Of a stretch of 64,000 nucleotides of DNA, positions 61,038 through 64,000 are shown one piece after another. A model generated the notes under the pieces. It was given only the letters and a program-made list of their open reading frames with translations, was not told the origin of the DNA and searched no databases. Made by a program: the position numbers and the translations under genes. Source of the stretch: Planctomycetota bacterium (lineage in GTDB: Bacteria; Planctomycetota; MHYJ01; WSZJ01). The stretch covers positions 1 through 64,000 of the forward strand of contig JBBTCT010000018.1 in NCBI GenBank assembly GCA_038060895.1. Direction: 5' to 3'. The first letter of the stretch is position 1; each line of letters begins with the position of its first letter.

Positions 61038-61086
61038 GGGTGGGCGGGATTCTCCGAACTCGCTTCTTCCGGCGAGCGATACAATC

Positions 61087-61115
61087 TTGCGACGCGTGAG
61101 CCGTGCGACTAGTAT
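61087..61115 (+). promoter_or_regulatory. Sigma70 promoter of tRNA-Thr
   Basis: TTGCGA-N17-TAGTAT 11 nt upstream of the tRNA. Confidence 0.6.
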
Positions 61116-61126
61116 TCGCGCCGCTT

Positions 61127-61199
61127 GCTGGGCTAGCTCAATTGGCAGAGCCCGTGTTTTGTAAACACGAGGTTGCGGGTTCAAGTCCCGCGCCCAGCT
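61127..61199 (+). tRNA. tRNA-Thr(TGT), CCA not encoded
   Basis: Acceptor GCTGGGC/GCCCAGC, D-arm TAGCTCAATTGGCAGAGC, anticodon stem CGTGT/ACACG with loop TTTGTAA, T-loop GGTTCAAGTCC. Confidence 0.95.
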
Positions 61200-61263
61200 T
61201 AGACTTACGTCAATTTGGTTCTCCCGGCACCGTCCTAGGCACCGTTCATGCCTCCGATTCCGC

Positions 61264-62421
61264 CTAAACCGCCTTGCTCTCCGTGGCACCGTCCGAGCCG
61301 GGGGACAGGTTGAGAACCTCGCTCAGGCCTTGAATCGCACGGAGAGCATTTGACGGGTGCGCGTGCGCGTAGTGCCGAGCCGTCACGCGGACGTCGGAGT
61401 GCCCGAGGACCCGGGAGATATCGAGAATCGGCGTTCCCTTCATGGCGAGCAAGGTCCCCGTAGTGTGCCGGAGAACGTGCGTTCCGATATGGCCCCGCTT
61501 CTCCGCCGGGATCGCATCGCCCGCGCCCCGAACCGCCCGCTTGAGTGCCCGCTTGACCGCTTCGCCAGTCAGGGGCCGACCGTCCCTCTGCCGGAGAATC
61601 GGTGACGTCGTTTCGTCCAACGGAGCCGGAGAGGTCGCGCGTAGATTGCTCAGGACCGCGTGAGCGTCGGGGGTCAGGGGGATTTCCCGAGCCCGGGAAG
61701 TCTTGGCGGTCTTGGCGACAATAACAAGCGACCGGCGGGACAGGTCAACGGCACCCCAGGTCAATCCGAGAAGCTCGCCCCGGCGGGCTCCGGTCGAAAC
61801 CGCGACCACGAGGAACGGCTTGAACCAGTCCTCCGCCGCGTTGACGAGCGCCCGAACCTCGGCGGGCTCTAGGTAGAGTTGCCGCTCCCTGCCCGCTTCC
61901 GAGAAGCGAGGAATCCGGCGGACCGGGTTTCCTTCGACGAGCGACCGACGTTCGGCCCACTTGAAGAACGTGCTAAGAACCGAGAGGTAACGATTCATGC
62001 TCGCCCCGCTCGTGCCCGCCTTCAACCGAGCATCGCACCACTTTTCGAGGTCGGCGCTCGTCACGGCGGAGAGGTTCTTCCCGCCCCAAGATTCGCGGAG
62101 CATGAAGTCGAACTTGTCCGAGTGCCCTTTGTGGGTAGACGGCTTGAGCCGCGGGCCGACCGCTTCAAGGAACATCGGCGCGGCTTCCCGAAGGGTCAGG
62201 GTTGAGCCCGTTACTTCGTTGAAAATCCGCCCGAGCGTCTCGTCGAGTCCCGCTCCCTCGGCGAGCAGGGATTCAATCGCGGCGAGTTTCCGCGTTGCGT
62301 GAGCCCGCGTTGGCCCCGCGTTCCGCATGATTTCCCGCCCCTCAGCGTGGAACACAACGTAGTACCCCGGCCTTCCGGCACGTCGCTTGACCTGTCCGAA
62401 GTCGCGTCGAGACTGACTCAT
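61264..62421 (-). CDS. Tyrosine recombinase / phage-type integrase
   Basis: TGARRGELL (R), AKT (K), HVLRHT, LGHS, RHYAH (Y); N-terminal arm-binding-like region. Confidence 0.92.
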   Translation of the reverse strand: MSQSRRDFGQVKRRAGRPGYYVVFHAEGREIMRNAGPTRAHATRKLAAIESLLAEGAGLDETLGRIFNEVTGSTLTLREAAPMFLEAVGPRLKPSTHKGHSDKFDFMLRESWGGKNLSAVTSADLEKWCDARLKAGTSGASMNRYLSVLSTFFKWAERRSLVEGNPVRRIPRFSEAGRERQLYLEPAEVRALVNAAEDWFKPFLVVAVSTGARRGELLGLTWGAVDLSRRSLVIVAKTAKTSRAREIPLTPDAHAVLSNLRATSPAPLDETTSPILRQRDGRPLTGEAVKRALKRAVRGAGDAIPAEKRGHIGTHVLRHTTGTLLAMKGTPILDISRVLGHSDVRVTARHYAHAHPSNALRAIQGLSEVLNLSPGSDGATESKAV

Positions 62422-62615
62422 GCCTTGCCCCCTTTCCGCTGAGCGCCCGAACCGCCCTCGCGCGTGGCGAGGTAATCGGAGAGCGCAATCCTCAGAAAAT
62501 CACTCAACCCCCGGCGATCCGCTTCCGCCGCCTTTTCGAGCGCGGCGCGAAGCTCCGTCGGAACGCGAACGACGAGCGTTTCACTCATCCCCTTCTCCTC
62601 CGGTTTGTGTTTCAT
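62418..62615 (-). CDS. Ribbon-helix-helix (CopG/Arc-like) DNA-binding protein
   Basis: TLVVRVPTELRAALEKAAEADRRGLSDFLRIAL; TGA overlaps the integrase ATG; alternative start 62588. Confidence 0.8.
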   Translation of the reverse strand: MKHKPEEKGMSETLVVRVPTELRAALEKAAEADRRGLSDFLRIALSDYLATREGGSGAQRKGGKA

Positions 62616-62622
62616 GCAACAC

Positions 62623-62651
62623 ATTGTATCGCAACGTATCGCACAAGTCAA
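62623..62651 (-). promoter_or_regulatory. Sigma70 promoter with tandem TGCGATAC operator for the RHH-integrase operon
   Basis: TTGACT-N17-TACAAT; TGCGATAC repeated twice across the spacer and -10. Confidence 0.7.
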
Positions 62652-63199
62652 GCGACAATCTGGGGAGGAAGTGATATCACTCGCTCGGCGACAGGCTCAA
62701 CGCGGAGGCGGTACGCGCGCGTTGGGTTCGCGCGAGCCGGGCCGGGAAGCGAGGGCGGAGAGAGCGAAGCGAGTCGATTTGCCGCATTTCGCCCATTCGC
62801 GGGACCCGCGCACCGAATAGGTAAACCCGGACCCCCGTTTGCGGGCGGACTGGCAACGCGCCGGAGTCGCGGATTAGATCGGTTTTCGCGAGGTTCCATC
62901 GGCCTGCTTGGATAGGTTGCGCGGGAGTCTCGCGCGGCGGAATGAGAATGAAGCGAGCGGTCCGGGCGCGTCCCCTGCCGCACGTCCTCGCGCTCTAACC
63001 CGCAAGGCCGGGCCGCTCGCTCCGGCGGGACGATATCACGGGGCGCGGGGTGGCGAGCGGGCGAACCGGTGCGGGGCAGGTGGAAGGCGTCGCGGGTCCT
63101 CCGCGCTTGCCCTGTATGTCCCCGCGGAGAGAGCCTCTCCCGACGAAATCAAAACCCCGGTCGGGTCGGCTCGATACGTCCAATGGTAGGGCTCAGGGT

Positions 63200-64000
63200 A
63201 TGGCAGGGAGGGAACGCAACCCGACCGGGACACAAATTCTACGAAGGTCCGGGAGACCGGCAAGTAAGCGGAGGGGCCGGGGGAGGGTCGCGGTCATCAG
63301 GTCCATTTCCGTTCGCGTTCGGAGTCCCGTGTCCCATACGATCCACCGACGGGGGAAGCGGCTCGACCTTTCTAAGTGGCACTCTAGGAAGCGCGAAAAC
63401 ATGGAGATGACTCCTCGCGAGGCGTTCGACGCAAGCCTCGAAGATTTCAGGGGCTTTCAGGCGGAGATCGCCAAATTTGGCCTCACTTGGCTTCAGAAGC
63501 TATCTGCCCACATGAAGCCGTCGGTGGGTGCTCAGCAACTTCGCGAGATCGCCGACCAAGAGGCTGGGAGACTCATGCGGTACATCATCCTTCGAGTAGG
63601 CGCAGGCATTCCCGAATCGAACACTCGCGCGAAGGCGCTCCCCGCACTCTTCTACCGAGGGCTATTCCCAGAGACGGGCCCTGCGGAAACCCTAGCTCAG
63701 ATTGCGGACTACAGAGCCGACGGTCCGGTTGCGTTCTCTCGCTGCTTGTTCAAGCGGAGCGGCATGATCCCACCGCTTGAGTTGCAGGTTCTCGCGGCGA
63801 AGCAGACGAAGGGCCAGATGGACGACTATGAGAAGATTTTTCGCCTTTTTGCGGAGGGTCTCGCCGAGAAACACGGTCTCCCTGACACACTGGATGCAGA
63901 ACCGGCCCAGAGGGGACGTCCTGTCGCGGTCGATGAGATTGAGGAAATCAGTCCGCTGAGAGGGGCCGAGTCAGCGACGGACCAGCGCGCCGCTTGGGAG
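63200..64000 (+). CDS. Hypothetical protein of the integrated element, runs off the window (absent from the ORF track)
   Basis: Frame open from ATG 63200 (or ATG 63401, MEMTPREAFDASLEDF...) to the window end with no stop. Confidence 0.6.
   Translation, partial: MAGRERNPTGTQILRRSGRPASKRRGRGRVAVIRSISVRVRSPVSHTIHRRGKRLDLSKWHSRKRENMEMTPREAFDASLEDFRGFQAEIAKFGLTWLQKLSAHMKPSVGAQQLREIADQEAGRLMRYIILRVGAGIPESNTRAKALPALFYRGLFPETGPAETLAQIADYRADGPVAFSRCLFKRSGMIPPLELQVLAAKQTKGQMDDYEKIFRLFAEGLAEKHGLPDTLDAEPAQRGRPVAVDEIEEISPLRGAESATDQRAAWE

Larger units (their letters stand above)
61200..64000. mobile_element. Left end of an integrative element inserted at tRNA-Thr
   Basis: Integrase ends 64 nt from the tRNA 3' end and points toward it; atypical codon usage onward; other att site outside window. 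Confidence 0.75.

Noticed and set aside
62605-63410. Short ORFs in the element's non-coding gap
   Set aside because: Arg/Gly/Pro-rich, with no RBS or motifs; not supportable.

Overview
High-GC bacterial chromosomal window; gene content (MshEN-like-capped Ser/Thr kinase, HEAT lipoprotein, many SD-less starts) suggests a Planctomycetota-like organism (inference). Left (1-12 kb): housekeeping and signalling genes (NAD-dependent epimerase, RluA/RluD pseudouridine synthase, pxpA, pxpB-C fusion, bioA, hybrid kinase plus response regulator, surE). Centre (12-37 kb, minus strand): flagellar basal-body/export/motor cluster from flgB to fliA without fliM, preceded by a sigma54 promoter with enhancer palindromes and punctuated by sigma28-like promoters. 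37-46 kb: a Ser/Thr kinase-TPR gene, then a MerR-headed operon ending in a FleS/FleR-like pair. 46-55 kb: a purine cluster (purF, purM, and an unusual STAS-PurB fusion) with a stand-alone MshEN-like protein and a divergent STAS-Zn-ribbon-RsbW-like gene. Right: Ni/Co transporter, tatA, two glycosyltransferases, an LPS-kinase-like gene, tRNA-Thr(TGT) and the start of an integrated element (tyrosine integrase plus RHH regulator). The most striking unexplained structure is intergenic: about 11 gene junctions hold palindromic elements built from tandem 6-10 nt units of several sequence families, many ending in AACGGC-like termini, plus five long MITE/REPIN-like hairpins. One two-component gene pair is bracketed by direct copies of one such arm, and orphan or toxin-antitoxin-like genes are inserted into the flagellar operon. 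All calls come from reading motifs by eye; no database searches were run.
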